Shown here: in pieces, positions 38,012 to 48,784 of the stretch
How the letters are laid out: the number at the start of each line of letters is the position of its first letter
How positions within the stretch are numbered: the first letter of the stretch is position 1
NCBI GenBank assembly: GCA_963666975.2
Contig: CAXVYR010000004.1
Span: 32,001 to 96,000, forward strand
Source of the DNA: Terriglobia bacterium
GTDB lineage: Bacteria > Acidobacteriota > Terriglobia > 2-12-FULL-54-10
Length of the DNA stretch: 64,000 bases
Direction of reading: 5' to 3'
Translations under genes and position numbers: made by a program
Notes under the pieces: model-generated
What the model was told of the DNA's origin: nothing
Databases searched by the model: none
Seen by the model: the letters and a program-made list of their open reading frames with translations, nothing else

Positions 38012-38718
38012 CCGTGCCTTCCTGTTAATGGAACGAAGCGGCAGTGGCCCAAAACCCTGGACACCGGCTTCCCCTGGCATTTGCGGACCTGCCGGAACTC
38101 CTGTTGATCGAGGCCCCCCACGGGAATCACCAGGCGGCCGCCTTCGGCCAGTTGTTCCAGAAAGCAGTCGGGAACCTCCGGCGCAGCGGCGGCCACCAGG
38201 ATTCCATCGTAGGGCGCCGCCGGAGGATATCCCTCGCTGCCGTCGCCATGAAGTAAGACAACCTCATCCTTACCCATACCCAGGCGGGCAAGGCGCTCCA
38301 CGGCCGATTGGAACAGCGCCGGGTCGCGCTCAATGGTATAAACGCGGGCTGCCAAACGGGCGAGGATCGCTGCCTGATACCCGGAGCCGGTTCCGACCTC
38401 CAGCACCCGCTCGGCTCCGGTCAACTCCAGGGCCTCCGTCATGGCTGCCACCATGTAAGGCTGCGAGATGGTCTGCCCCTGGCCGATGGAGATGGGATGA
38501 TCCTCGTAGGCTTGCTGGCTGTGCTCGGGCGGCACGTACTCGTGCCGTGGAATCTCGCCCATCGCCTGCAACACCCGTTCATCGCGAATTTTCCGGCGGC
38601 GGAGTTGCTGGGCGACCATCGCCTGGCGTTGCTCCGCCGCCCACTCCAGCGTAGGAGCAAAGCTGGCCGCCTTGACTCCATTGCCCTTCGCTGGCCGGCT
38701 GGAGGAGAAAAACTTCAT
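37996..38718 (-). CDS. pcm: Protein-L-isoaspartate O-methyltransferase
   Basis: GQTISQPYMV, VLEVGTGSGYQAA, FVPL; start uncertain. Confidence 0.95.
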   Translation of the reverse strand: MKFFSSSRPAKGNGVKAASFAPTLEWAAEQRQAMVAQQLRRRKIRDERVLQAMGEIPRHEYVPPEHSQQAYEDHPISIGQGQTISQPYMVAAMTEALELTGAERVLEVGTGSGYQAAILARLAARVYTIERDPALFQSAVERLARLGMGKDEVVLLHGDGSEGYPPAAPYDGILVAAAAPEVPDCFLEQLAEGGRLVIPVGGLDQQEFRQVRKCQGKPVSRVLGHCRFVPLTGRHGWENA

Positions 38719-38890
38719 CGTTGAAAAGTTTACTCCAAACGGGGAAAGTTTACTCCAAACAGGCGGTCTGATCACGGAAGCACGGGAAGGGATCAGAAGA
38801 CGGAAGCCGGAGTTCCTCACTCACAGCATTCGGCAATTGCGGAAAACTGCCGCCTGATTCCGAGATGCCGAATTCCGTTATAATGGTTCT

Positions 38891-39928
38891 GTGGCATCAA
38901 AGAACATGGCATCAGAGAACCTAGAAAGATATTCCCGGCAGGTCTTGTATCGTGGCATTGGAGAGGCGGGTCAGCGGAAGCTGCTGGCCTCGCGGGTTGC
39001 GATCGTAGGATGCGGGGCGCTCGGCAGCCATCAGGCCGCCCTGCTGGTCCGCGCCGGCGTGGGCGAGATGATCCTCATCGACCGCGACTACGTGGAGGAG
39101 AACAACCTGCAACGGCAGACGCTTTTCGAAGAACGCGACGCTTCCGAATGTCTCCCCAAGGCGGTGGCCGCGGAAACTCACCTGAAACGAGCCAACTCCA
39201 GCGTCAAGGTGCAAGGCGTCGTGGCCGACCTGACGGCGGAGAACGCAGCCGAACTCTTGCAAGAGATCGACGTACTGCTCGACGGCACCGACAATTTTGA
39301 GACGCGCTATTTGCTGAACGACCTCAGCCTGCAAAACGGCGTGCCCTGGGTTTACGGCGCGGCGGTCGGCAGCTACGGCGTGACGCTGACCATCGTTCCG
39401 GGCAGCGGCCCGTGCCTCGCCTGCCTTTTTCCGGAGCCGCCCTCCGGCATGCATGCCACATGTGACACCGACGGTATCCTCGGCTCCGCCGCCTCGGCGG
39501 TGGCCTCCATACAGGTGGCCGAGGCGATCAAGCTCATGGTCGGCGACCGTGCCGCCCTGCACGGCAAGCTGATTTCGCTCGACGTGTGGGAAAACAGCTT
39601 CCATGCCGTTGACCCCGGCCCGCCCGCGGAGGGTTGCCGTGCATGCCAGCGGAAGGACTTCGCCTACCTCGCCGGGGGCGGCTCGCCCCACATCACGCTA
39701 TGCGGCCGCAACTCTGTGCAGATCCATGAACGCAAGCGGCCCGTGGACTTTGCGGAGCTTGAAAGGAAACTGAAGCCGCACGGCGCGGTCCGTTTCAATC
39801 CCTATGTGTTTCAATTTTCGCTGGCTCCTTATGAGATGACGATCTTCCCCGACGGCCGTGCGATAATCAAAGGGACCACCGACACGGGAATGGCGCGCAG
39901 CCTTTATGCCCGCTATATCGGCAGTTGA
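38891..39928 (+). CDS. ThiF/MoeB family adenylyltransferase
   Basis: RYSRQ, GCGALG, NLQRQ, CxxC pairs. Confidence 0.93.
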   Translation: MASKNMASENLERYSRQVLYRGIGEAGQRKLLASRVAIVGCGALGSHQAALLVRAGVGEMILIDRDYVEENNLQRQTLFEERDASECLPKAVAAETHLKRANSSVKVQGVVADLTAENAAELLQEIDVLLDGTDNFETRYLLNDLSLQNGVPWVYGAAVGSYGVTLTIVPGSGPCLACLFPEPPSGMHATCDTDGILGSAASAVASIQVAEAIKLMVGDRAALHGKLISLDVWENSFHAVDPGPPAEGCRACQRKDFAYLAGGGSPHITLCGRNSVQIHERKRPVDFAELERKLKPHGAVRFNPYVFQFSLAPYEMTIFPDGRAIIKGTTDTGMARSLYARYIGS

Positions 39929-40000
39929 GCAAGCTCTCTGGGGCGGGCGCGCTCGCGCTATACATGCCGGCGGCAGCCCTCGGTATATCGGTGCTTGAAC

Positions 40001-40885
40001 ATGTTAGTCACCTTGCACAAAAAACGGCCCGACTGGCTCCGGACCAAGTTTCCCGGCGGCCCCAACTATCACGAGTTAAAGGTTCTCAAGAACCGCCTGC
40101 GCCTCCACACGGTCTGCGAGAGCGCGCGTTGCCCCAACATCGGCGAATGCTGGGAGCAACGCACCGCCACGTTTATGATCCTGGGGGACGTCTGCACGCG
40201 GCGTTGCGGCTTCTGCGCGGTGCCGAAAGGCGCTCCGCTGCCGGTGGACGACCAAGAGCCGGAGCGTGTAGCGCAGGCGGTGGACCATCTCGGCTTGGAG
40301 TACGCCGTGGTGACCTCGGTCAACCGCGACGACCGCAAAGACGGCGGCGCCGAATTTTTTGCCCGAACCATCCTGGCGATTCGCCGCCTCCGGCCCGAGT
40401 GCAAAGTAGAGGTGCTGATCCCGGACTTCCAGGGCTCACGCCATGCGCTTGAGACGGTGCTTGCGGCCCGTCCCGATGTGCTCAGCCATAATATGGAGAC
40501 TGTTCCTCGACTCTACCGGCATGTGCGCCCGGGAGCGCGCTATGAGCAATCGCTCAACTTACTCCGCAGCGTGGGGGAGATCAACCCGCGCATCACCGCC
40601 AAGTCCGGAATGATGCTGGGCCTGGGAGAAGAGCCGCGCGAAGTTCTGGCCGCCATGCGCGACCTCCGCGACCACGACTGCCGCATACTCACCCTGGGCC
40701 AATACCTGCGGCCTACGGTCCATCACCTGCCCATCGCCCGCTACTATCCTCCCGAGGAGTTTGCGGAGTTGAAACGCGAAGGGGAACGGATGGGCTTCCG
40801 TCATGTGGAGGCAGGACCGCTGGTCCGCAGCTCCTATCACGCCCGCAACCAACTGGACGCCGCAGGCGGAACGCTGCCGGCCTAG
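40001..40885 (+). CDS. lipA: Lipoyl synthase
   Basis: C-x4-C-x5-C, CxxxCxxC, RSSY. Confidence 0.97.
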   Translation: MLVTLHKKRPDWLRTKFPGGPNYHELKVLKNRLRLHTVCESARCPNIGECWEQRTATFMILGDVCTRRCGFCAVPKGAPLPVDDQEPERVAQAVDHLGLEYAVVTSVNRDDRKDGGAEFFARTILAIRRLRPECKVEVLIPDFQGSRHALETVLAARPDVLSHNMETVPRLYRHVRPGARYEQSLNLLRSVGEINPRITAKSGMMLGLGEEPREVLAAMRDLRDHDCRILTLGQYLRPTVHHLPIARYYPPEEFAELKREGERMGFRHVEAGPLVRSSYHARNQLDAAGGTLPA

Positions 40886-41065
40886 AAGTGCAGGCCGGAA
40901 GTATAAACCGGATCACCACGCGGCCTTCCGACAGCCTTGCCGCGCCACAGGCGGGATGCTCATTTCCTCTTGGACTTCGCTCTGCTTTACAGTCATAAGG
41001 GCTTGCTGTACTATCGGGCGTTATCCTGCCAGCGCTGGCCCCCGTTGGAGTTGGCCACAGTAATC

Positions 41066-41746
41066 ATGTCCAGGACGGAAAGCCAGCATCGCCGCCAGAT
41101 CGCCGAGGTTGGCAGGTGGCTATACCAGAAGGGCTTCGTAGCCGCTACGGACGGCAACATCTCGGCGCGCTTGCAGGACGGGCGGGTCCTGGTAACCCCG
41201 GCGAACACCAGCAAGGGGATGCTCCGTCCCCAGGACATGCATCTGGTCGATATGCAAGGGAACATGCTTGCAGGCCGGGGGAAGGTTTCCTCCGAGCTGC
41301 CCATGCACCTGCTGATCTACCACCGGCGTCCCGATGTCGGCGGGATCGTCCACGCCCATCCGCCTGCGGCCACCGGCTACGCCGTGGCGGGAATCGCACT
41401 GGACAAGGCCGTTCTTCCAGAGGTGGTGGTCTCGCTGGGGCGCGTGCCCCTGGCACGGTACGCAACACCCGGCAGCCCGGCGCTCAACAAAGCGCTGCGG
41501 AATTTGATTTCCCAATACGACGCCATCCTCCTGGCCAACCACGGCGTGGTCACCTTCGGGGAGGACTTGCTCCGGGCGTTCTTCCACATGGAGACCGTGG
41601 AGCAGTTTGCCCGCATCTCGCTGGTTGCGAAATTGTTGGGAAGGCAGGCGCTGCTCTCCGAACAGGAGGCGGAAAAACTGCGGGCCCTCCGGCCTCTGCG
41701 CAAGGAAAGCCGGAAGCGTCCGCAAAGCCGGGATAAGAAGTCCTGA
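41066..41746 (+). CDS. Class II aldolase/adducin family (FucA-like)
   Basis: GNISAR, SSELPMH, HAHP, LANHG. Confidence 0.92.
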   Translation: MSRTESQHRRQIAEVGRWLYQKGFVAATDGNISARLQDGRVLVTPANTSKGMLRPQDMHLVDMQGNMLAGRGKVSSELPMHLLIYHRRPDVGGIVHAHPPAATGYAVAGIALDKAVLPEVVVSLGRVPLARYATPGSPALNKALRNLISQYDAILLANHGVVTFGEDLLRAFFHMETVEQFARISLVAKLLGRQALLSEQEAEKLRALRPLRKESRKRPQSRDKKS

Positions 41747-41834
41747 AAAGCAAAGTTCTGAAAAGCAATGAGGAGAAACTCCACTGCGTTCGAGCGGCGG
41801 AATCAGAATTCAGAGAGGATGTTATAACTAAGAT

Positions 41835-42815
41835 ATGTCAACAGGATTAAAGAAGATTTTCGGAGAATCGGAGCGCATCGTAGTTCTTGCCGCCGACCAC
41901 AGATATTTCGGCGTCGTTGCCGGCCTGGAAAAACCCGGCGAGGTTCTTTCCCCGCTCCTCGATTATGTGGACGTGCTGATGACCGATCCCGGCGTTCTAC
42001 GCCATGCGTTCAAAGGCAGAGTGAGCCTGCCGGTGATGCTGCGCGCCTCCGGATGCTCCACCACCATGAACGTCCCCGTGCCCGGCTACCTCCAGGAGCC
42101 GGCCAAGCTCGCCTACCAGCAACGAACCGGCAAGGATTTCGACAAGGCTCTCAAAGAATATCAAGCCAAAATAGATTCCGGAACCGCCACGGGCGAAGAT
42201 TTTGACGAGTTCCAGCTTCTCGACAGTGTCGTGAACGTCCCCGACACCATTGCCAGTGAAAGGCTGATCCTGCATGCGGAAGATGTCCAAAAGGAAGGGG
42301 CCGTCGGAGCCGCCGTTTCGGTTTACTTGAAGACGGAACACCAGTCGCAGACGCTCGACAATCTGGCCAGCATGTCGCGCGAGGCCCGGAAGATTGATCT
42401 TCCCCTCCTCGGGGTAGTGGCCGTGGGAACCGCGCTGGGATATCTGGAGAAAGACTCCGACTTCCTGACGCGCGCCGGAGCCATCCTGGTGGCGCACGGC
42501 GCCGACATCATCAAGACCTACAATTGCGGAAAGGGGTTTGAGCGGGTGGTCGGGGCCTGCGGCGTTCCCGTTATCGTGGCCGGCGGTAAGATGCCCAAGG
42601 GCGTGGATGAAACCAAAGACAGCCTGGAGCTGGCCTACGACTCCATCCAAAAAGGCGCCAAGGGTATCGACTTCGGACGGCGCGTCTGGAGACACCAGCA
42701 GCCGGTAGCCATGGTGCGGGCGTTGCGGGCGGTGATCCATGACGGCATGCAACCCAAGGAAGCCTATAAGTTGTTTCAGGAGTTGAAGGGGAGTAAAAAG
42801 GGGAGCAAAGGATGA
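41835..42815 (+). CDS. Class I aldolase, DhnA/LsrF family
   Basis: LAADH, GADIIKTY, VIVAGG, FGRRVW. Confidence 0.85.
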   Translation: MSTGLKKIFGESERIVVLAADHRYFGVVAGLEKPGEVLSPLLDYVDVLMTDPGVLRHAFKGRVSLPVMLRASGCSTTMNVPVPGYLQEPAKLAYQQRTGKDFDKALKEYQAKIDSGTATGEDFDEFQLLDSVVNVPDTIASERLILHAEDVQKEGAVGAAVSVYLKTEHQSQTLDNLASMSREARKIDLPLLGVVAVGTALGYLEKDSDFLTRAGAILVAHGADIIKTYNCGKGFERVVGACGVPVIVAGGKMPKGVDETKDSLELAYDSIQKGAKGIDFGRRVWRHQQPVAMVRALRAVIHDGMQPKEAYKLFQELKGSKKGSKG

Positions 42816-43843
42816 CCGTTCCTGAGACGATGAAGCTCGGCCTGTACTTCAGCAACGAAGACGTGAGGGTGGATCAAAGGCCGGTGCCCGAAATCGGCGA
42901 GAACGAGGTCCTGGTGGAAGTCGCCGCATGCGGCATCTGCGGCAGCGACACCATGAAGTGGTATCGCGAGCCGGGCACGCGGGAGAAGGGCGGCATCAAT
43001 ACGGGGCATGAAATCGCAGGCCGCATCGTTCTGGCAGGCGAGTCGGTCCGCAATTTCAAAACAGGCGACCGGGTCGTCGTCTCCCACCATTTCCCCTGCC
43101 TGCAATGCGTCCCGTGCCAGGACGGAAACGAGACGGCATGCGAGCAAATGCACCGGAAGCACATCGAGCCGGGCGGCTTTTCGCAATATGTCCGGCTCTT
43201 TAATCCATGCATCGAGAAAGGATTGTTTGCTCTGCCCGACAGCATGACCTTCGAGCAGGGCTCATTTGTCGAGCCGCTCGCCTGCGTTGTGCGCAGCGTG
43301 AGGAAGACTGCTCCGGTCAATTCCCGCACCGTGCTGGTGATGGGAAGCGGCCTGGCGGGATTGCTCCACATCAAGCTGGTTCGCGCGCTCGGTGCCGGCA
43401 GAATTTACGCCGTCGATACCAATCAAAAACGGCTGGAGGCTGCCTCGCAGCACGGCGCGGATGAAATGATTTACGCTACGGATAAACTGCCGCGCGCCGA
43501 CCGCGTGTTTGTCTGCACCGGATCGCAAAAAGCCGCAGAAAGCGCGCTCGGTTGCGTGGACCGGGGCGGGCACATCCTGTTTTTTGCCGCTGACGGCCCC
43601 GACAAGAAACTTTCGATCCCGCTGACGAAATTCTGGACTACGCAGCCTTCCTTCAGCTTCAGCTATGGAGCCGCGCCGCGCGATATGAAGGAAGCGATAG
43701 AGCTGATTCGCAGCGGGAAGGTCGCCGTCGATAGCTTGGTCACGCACCGGTTTGGAATCGATCAAATCGCCCAGGCGTTCGACCTGGTGGCAAATCCGAA
43801 AGACAATTCTCTGAAGGTGATTATCGAACCGAACCGCCGGTGA
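42812..43843 (+). CDS. Zn-dependent alcohol/polyol dehydrogenase
   Basis: CGICGSD, GHE, CxxCxxC-x7-C, VEPLAC. Confidence 0.93.
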   Translation: MTVPETMKLGLYFSNEDVRVDQRPVPEIGENEVLVEVAACGICGSDTMKWYREPGTREKGGINTGHEIAGRIVLAGESVRNFKTGDRVVVSHHFPCLQCVPCQDGNETACEQMHRKHIEPGGFSQYVRLFNPCIEKGLFALPDSMTFEQGSFVEPLACVVRSVRKTAPVNSRTVLVMGSGLAGLLHIKLVRALGAGRIYAVDTNQKRLEAASQHGADEMIYATDKLPRADRVFVCTGSQKAAESALGCVDRGGHILFFAADGPDKKLSIPLTKFWTTQPSFSFSYGAAPRDMKEAIELIRSGKVAVDSLVTHRFGIDQIAQAFDLVANPKDNSLKVIIEPNRR

Positions 43844-43870
43844 GCCTCACACCACAACCTGCCGGGATGC

Positions 43871-45451
43871 TTACAGCCTTCGTTCAACGGCGGGAAAATT
43901 TTCCCAGACCTTAACGCCGCAGAAATGGCTGCCTTCGGTGCAGACCGGGTAGGCGTTGCCTTTCCGCACCACGCAGGGAGGTCCGATGTAGCGGGCCAGG
44001 CGGGGATGCACGCGGCGCACCTGCTCCAGCTCTTCCATCGAAGCCCGGTAGATCTCCTCCTGAGCATTGAAGCAGGTCCGCATGGTCCATTTGTGGATCA
44101 GGTGAAGCAGGCTGCCGCTTTCCACCATCCGGACGCTGGTGGCGTTGGGAAGAACATAGATCGCCACCGACGGCGGCACGCCCAACTCCAGCAGCCGGTT
44201 CTTGGCGCTCCACGCTTCCTCCATTGCCTGCTGATAAATTCCCTCCACTTCCGAGTTCCCTCGCACCAGGCCGGGAGTGATGTAGTCCGGCTCCGGGCAG
44301 TCGGTGGCCGAGAGCAGCGGGCGCGAGGCGGGCACCAGCCGGTGCCGCTGGTCCTGGGAGTCGGCCGTGTGGCTTAGTTTCTTGAGGAAGGTATAGGAGA
44401 CGTGATGCAGGGCACGCATCATGGGCGAGTGAACGGCCAGGTCCAGCGTCTCCAGGCGGTAGCGGTTGTGAGCAGGATTCAACAACTGTTCGAGCGCCTG
44501 ATCGTCGTCCATCTGCGCCTCACTCAACCCCAGCAGGTAGCGGAAGGAGCGGGCGACAATTGATTCTGCGCCGGACTCCGCATCGGGCGAAGCCGAGAGC
44601 ATCCGCGAGGTCATGCCGCCCAGCTCGCGGTCGAACTCCCGGCGTGCCTGGGCGGCCCCCGAAGGTCCGCCTTCGGCAACGAGCCGGGCCTCGGGAATTT
44701 GCTCCTCCTCCAGGGGGCCGTCTCCGATGCGCTCAAAAAACTGCGGATCAATTTCTTTTACCCGTTCCACCATCTGGTCGATGACCATGCCGGTCTCATA
44801 AGGGGTGTCCCCGGAGTTGCGCATGCGGTAGAGCCTGTGCAGAACCACGCCTGAAAGGGTGTGAACCATCGAAGTAAAAGCGGCAACCGGTAAAACGTAA
44901 CGGGCCACCTCGATGGCTTTCTTCTCCACCTGCCGGTCGATGCGCTGGCGGCGCTTCTCCGCGCTCCGCGGGCCGATCTTCCACACGTCGTAGAGCGCCT
45001 CCCGCGTGCGTCCGGAAAGTTCTTGGGAGAGCAACCGGTAAAACTCCCAGGCCCGTTCCACGGCGCGCATGTAGACGCCCTGCGCCTCCCCGGCCAGGGG
45101 CGGAATAAAAGCCTGCGCCTGGTCCAGGCGCACGTAGCGCTGGCTGGACTGCTCCGAGTTATAAAACGGATGGCTGTGCAGAAAGTTCCACACAAACTGG
45201 CGGGAGACGTTCTCCAGGCCGAACTCGAAGTGGGCGTGCTGAAAGACGGTGTGATGGCCGCCGTTGAAGGTGGTGGAGCCGATGGTGAGGCGCTGTTTCT
45301 CGGTGATCTCATCCGGCGAGATCACACGGGATGAATAGCAACTCCGCGCCGCCGCGATGGCGGAATCAAAAGGCCGGTCCAAGTAGTTTCGCAGCGTGAC
45401 CCGGGGCTGTGTCGCCACCACAAATTGCCGCGCCGTGTTCGCAACACCCAT
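43871..45451 (-). CDS. thyX: FAD-dependent thymidylate synthase, tandem-domain type
   Basis: HHTVFQH, SEQSSQRY, ARYVLP; second copy QDQRHR, AIYVLPNA, RTCFNAQEEI. Confidence 0.85.
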   Translation of the reverse strand: MGVANTARQFVVATQPRVTLRNYLDRPFDSAIAAARSCYSSRVISPDEITEKQRLTIGSTTFNGGHHTVFQHAHFEFGLENVSRQFVWNFLHSHPFYNSEQSSQRYVRLDQAQAFIPPLAGEAQGVYMRAVERAWEFYRLLSQELSGRTREALYDVWKIGPRSAEKRRQRIDRQVEKKAIEVARYVLPVAAFTSMVHTLSGVVLHRLYRMRNSGDTPYETGMVIDQMVERVKEIDPQFFERIGDGPLEEEQIPEARLVAEGGPSGAAQARREFDRELGGMTSRMLSASPDAESGAESIVARSFRYLLGLSEAQMDDDQALEQLLNPAHNRYRLETLDLAVHSPMMRALHHVSYTFLKKLSHTADSQDQRHRLVPASRPLLSATDCPEPDYITPGLVRGNSEVEGIYQQAMEEAWSAKNRLLELGVPPSVAIYVLPNATSVRMVESGSLLHLIHKWTMRTCFNAQEEIYRASMEELEQVRRVHPRLARYIGPPCVVRKGNAYPVCTEGSHFCGVKVWENFPAVERRL

Positions 45452-45521
45452 GGCGTGATTCTACCCGATGCGCAGATACAAAAAAAGAGGACGATGCGTG
45501 AGAGGGGAATTTTGAAAGCGT

Positions 45522-45776
45522 CTAGGAAGCCGTTTCCGCCGCGACAGTGGTCTCTTTCCCGGAGCCCGTGCTCCGCTTGCTGCCATACTTCCTGTTGAAA
45601 CGCTCCACCCGGCCGGCGGTGTCCACCAGCCTCTGCTTGCCGGTAAAGAACGGATGACAGTTGGAACAAATCTCCAGGCGGAGGTCCCCCTGGCGCGTGG
45701 AACGGGTCTTGAAGGTGTGCCCGCAGGCGCAAGAGACTGCCACTTCATGGTATTCCGGATGAATGTCGGTTTTCAT
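45522..45776 (-). CDS. rpmE: 50S ribosomal protein L31 (Zn-binding type)
   Basis: [29 protein letters not shown]. Confidence 0.98.
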   Translation of the reverse strand: MKTDIHPEYHEVAVSCACGHTFKTRSTRQGDLRLEICSNCHPFFTGKQRLVDTAGRVERFNRKYGSKRSTGSGKETTVAAETAS

Positions 45777-45985
45777 TGTCTTCCTTTATGCACTAACGTG
45801 ACGGATAGTATACAGCATTTGATCCCACGCCCGCAATTGTGAAACGCGGAATTTGGGCGACTCCTTCCCCGCAAGGCTGACCAAGAAAAAACCGCCCGAA
45901 GAGACTAAAGTCACTGCGCCCGGGCATAGAAGAAGTTAGTTTTGGGATGAAAGAAGTTTTACTACCTTTAAGGAGGCCAAGCAAA

Positions 45986-46708
45986 ATGCCCACCACCCGT
46001 GAAACCATTGGAAGCGAAACCCTCGTCAGCGAGATCGTGCGGTCGTATCCCGCCTCGGTCCGCGTCTTTCAGGAATATGGCATTGATTTCTGCTGCGGAG
46101 GAAGCAAACCGCTTTCGGAAGCTTGCCGGGAGAAGGGTGTTTCCATCGACCGGCTGATCTTTTCGATGGCGAAGGAAGCGCATCAGGGACCCTAAAGGTA
46201 TCATCAACGGTCGCGTTCGTCGTACAAGGATACACATCACGCCTATCTCAGGACGGAGTTGCCCCGCCTGGCGCAGATGCTGGCCAAGGTGATCGAGAAG
46301 CATGGCGAAAAGCATCCGGAATCTCTTCCCGCCCTGGACGAAACCTATACAGGCCTGAGGAAGGAGCTGACCGACCACATGTGGAAGGAAGAAAACGTGC
46401 TTTTTCCTCTTGTCAAGGAGCTCGAACGGGCCCAAAGCTCCGGCTCGGGCGCGGGACCGCAGCGGATGCCGGTGAGCGCCCCCATTATGGTCATGGAACA
46501 GGAGCACGAGGCAGCGGCTGCCGCCCTGCGCGAGATGCGCCGCCTGACCGGGGACTATACACCGCAGGAAGACGCCTGCAACACGTACCGTGCGCTTCTC
46601 GACGGTCTCCAGAAGTTCGAGGCAGATACTCACCAACACATACACCTGGAAAACAACATCCTGTTCCCGAAGGCCATCGAGCTGCAAGAGTCTCTCTCCG
46701 GCCCGTAG
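45986..46708 (+). pseudogene. ric: Iron-sulfur cluster repair di-iron protein Ric/YtfE with an internal TAA
   Basis: GIDFCCGG N-domain and hemerythrin domain (HHAYL, HMWKEE, MEQEH, HIHLENN) lie in one frame split by TAA 46193-46195. Confidence 0.85.
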
Positions 46709-46806
46709 GCATCCTGTCCGACAAGAGGGGGGCCAAAAGGAGGGCCAAAAAGGGGAAAAGAGACAAGAGGCACGGTGAAGATGTGCGGTGACGGGAAACC
46801 CGGAAG

Positions 46807-46836
46807 TTGACGCCTTCACCGGGCGGCCACTATAAT
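46807..46836 (+). promoter_or_regulatory. sigma70-type promoter upstream of lysS
   Basis: TTGACG-18 bp-TATAAT. Confidence 0.6.
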
Positions 46837-46994
46837 CTGGGTTTCGCAAACCAATCCGCTGTTTCCACCGGGCCTCCGTTGCAAAGACACAAGCTGCAAG
46901 GGTAGGCCAGCACAGAGGGCGCCGCTTCCGTGGCTCCTCCCTTGGCAGGGTAATACCGGCATGAAAATACCGGTATGGGAATAAATGGTGTAGC

Positions 46995-48533
46995 TTGTCC
47001 TTTGACCTTGAGCTTCTGGAACAACGCCGCCAGAAGCTGCAACAGATTGAAGCTCTGGGCTACCCGGCCTATCCTCACCGTTTTGCCTATACCCATACTC
47101 TGGAGCAGATCACCGCTGCCTATTCGGAAAAGACCGCCGAAGAGCTGACGAGCGAGAAAACAACGGTGCGCATCTGCGGCCGTCTGCAATCCATCCGCGG
47201 ACACGGCAAGGCCGGCTTCGCCGACCTGGTCCAGGGCGGCCAGCGGCTGCAAATCTACGTCCGCAAGGATGCGCTGGGCGACAACGGCTTTGCGCTCTAT
47301 CGGCTGCTGGACCTGGGTGATTTGGCCGGCGCAGAGGGTTATTTGTTTCGCACCAAAACCGGGGAACTCTCTCTCCACGCCACCACCGTGTCGCTGCTGG
47401 CCAAGGCGATGCTGCCTCTGCCGGAGAAGTGGCACGGGCTGCAGGACGTAGAGGCACGTTACCGCCAGCGCTATCTGGACCTGATTGCCAATCCGGAGGT
47501 GCGGCGCGTCTTTGCCGCACGGAGCCGTCTGGTCCAGGCGTTGCGGAGAGCCCTGGAACAACGAGGTTACATGGAGGTGGAGACCCCCATGATGCAGCCG
47601 ATGGCCGGCGGAGCCACGGCGCATCCCTTCCGCACCCATCATAACGCCTTAAACCTGGACCTCTACCTGCGCATCGCGCCGGAGCTTTATTTGAAGCGCT
47701 TGGTGGTGGGAGGTTTCGACCGCGTCTATGAAATCAACCGAAACTTCCGCAATGAAGGAATCTCCACGCAACACAACCCGGAGTTCACCATGCTGGAGTT
47801 CTATCAGGCATACAGCGACTACAACGACCTGATGGAGCTGACCGAGAAACTGCTGCCGGAGGTGGCCGAGGCAACCTGCGGGACGACCACCCTCAGCTAC
47901 GGCGAGCACACCATCGACCTGTCGCGATTCTCGCGGTTCACCCTGCGGGAGGCCATCCGGGAGTACTGGCCGGAAGACGCTTCCCGGCCAACGCTGGAAG
48001 ACTTCTCCGACCCGCAGCGGACCGGGGCGGCCATCGAGGCCTGGAACCGTCTGCAAGGAGAGCAAGACCGCCTCGTCATTCCGGCAGGCACATCGCACGG
48101 GGCCACGCTGGCGCATCTGTTTGAAACCGTCTGCGAGCGAAAGCTGATCCAGCCGACGCTGATCCATGAATTCCCCGTGGAGGTATCCCCGCTAGCAAAA
48201 AGCAAGAAGGACGAGCCGGGATGGGTGGAGCGCTTTGAACTCTACGTGGCGGGGATGGAGATCGCCAACGCCTACAGCGAGCTGAACGATCCGGAAGAAC
48301 AGCGGCGGCGCTTTGAATTGCAGGCCGCGCTGAAGGAGAAGGGCGACCGGGAAGCCCATGCCATGGATGAGGACTACATCCGCTGCCTCAACTACGGCAT
48401 GCCGCCCACCGCCGGCGAAGGAATCGGGATCGACCGTCTGGTGATGATCCTGACCGGCTCCCGCTCCATCCGCGACGTGATCCTGTTCCCGTTATTGCGA
48501 CCGGAGAGTTCACCGTCTCCGGAGGCAGAGTGA
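46995..48533 (+). CDS. lysS: Lysine--tRNA ligase (class II)
   Basis: [30 protein letters not shown]. Confidence 0.99.
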   Translation: MSFDLELLEQRRQKLQQIEALGYPAYPHRFAYTHTLEQITAAYSEKTAEELTSEKTTVRICGRLQSIRGHGKAGFADLVQGGQRLQIYVRKDALGDNGFALYRLLDLGDLAGAEGYLFRTKTGELSLHATTVSLLAKAMLPLPEKWHGLQDVEARYRQRYLDLIANPEVRRVFAARSRLVQALRRALEQRGYMEVETPMMQPMAGGATAHPFRTHHNALNLDLYLRIAPELYLKRLVVGGFDRVYEINRNFRNEGISTQHNPEFTMLEFYQAYSDYNDLMELTEKLLPEVAEATCGTTTLSYGEHTIDLSRFSRFTLREAIREYWPEDASRPTLEDFSDPQRTGAAIEAWNRLQGEQDRLVIPAGTSHGATLAHLFETVCERKLIQPTLIHEFPVEVSPLAKSKKDEPGWVERFELYVAGMEIANAYSELNDPEEQRRRFELQAALKEKGDREAHAMDEDYIRCLNYGMPPTAGEGIGIDRLVMILTGSRSIRDVILFPLLRPESSPSPEAE

Positions 48534-48784
48534 AGCGGGCGGCGGAAGCAGGATCAGTCCTGGCTTAGGACACCGACGTATTTAGAATAGAAATATAGCG
48601 ACGCGAGAACAGGCACCACCACAGCCGCCCCGCTCTGCCTCGGAAGCAAAACTCCTCAGCTAACCCCCTCGCATAGTTCACCTAAATGACTCCCGGCAAA
48701 ACAGAAGGCTCATCATTCAGCTTTTGCCCTAAAATGGGATTGGAGAAAGAATCCTTTCGATCCGATGAATGAAGAGAGGAAAGC

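Noticed and set aside
43871-45451. Double-length ThyX as a novelty
   Set aside because: Tandem-domain ThyX proteins are already known
46837-46994. Lysine riboswitch or T-box in the lysS leader
   Set aside because: Consensus motifs not recognisable
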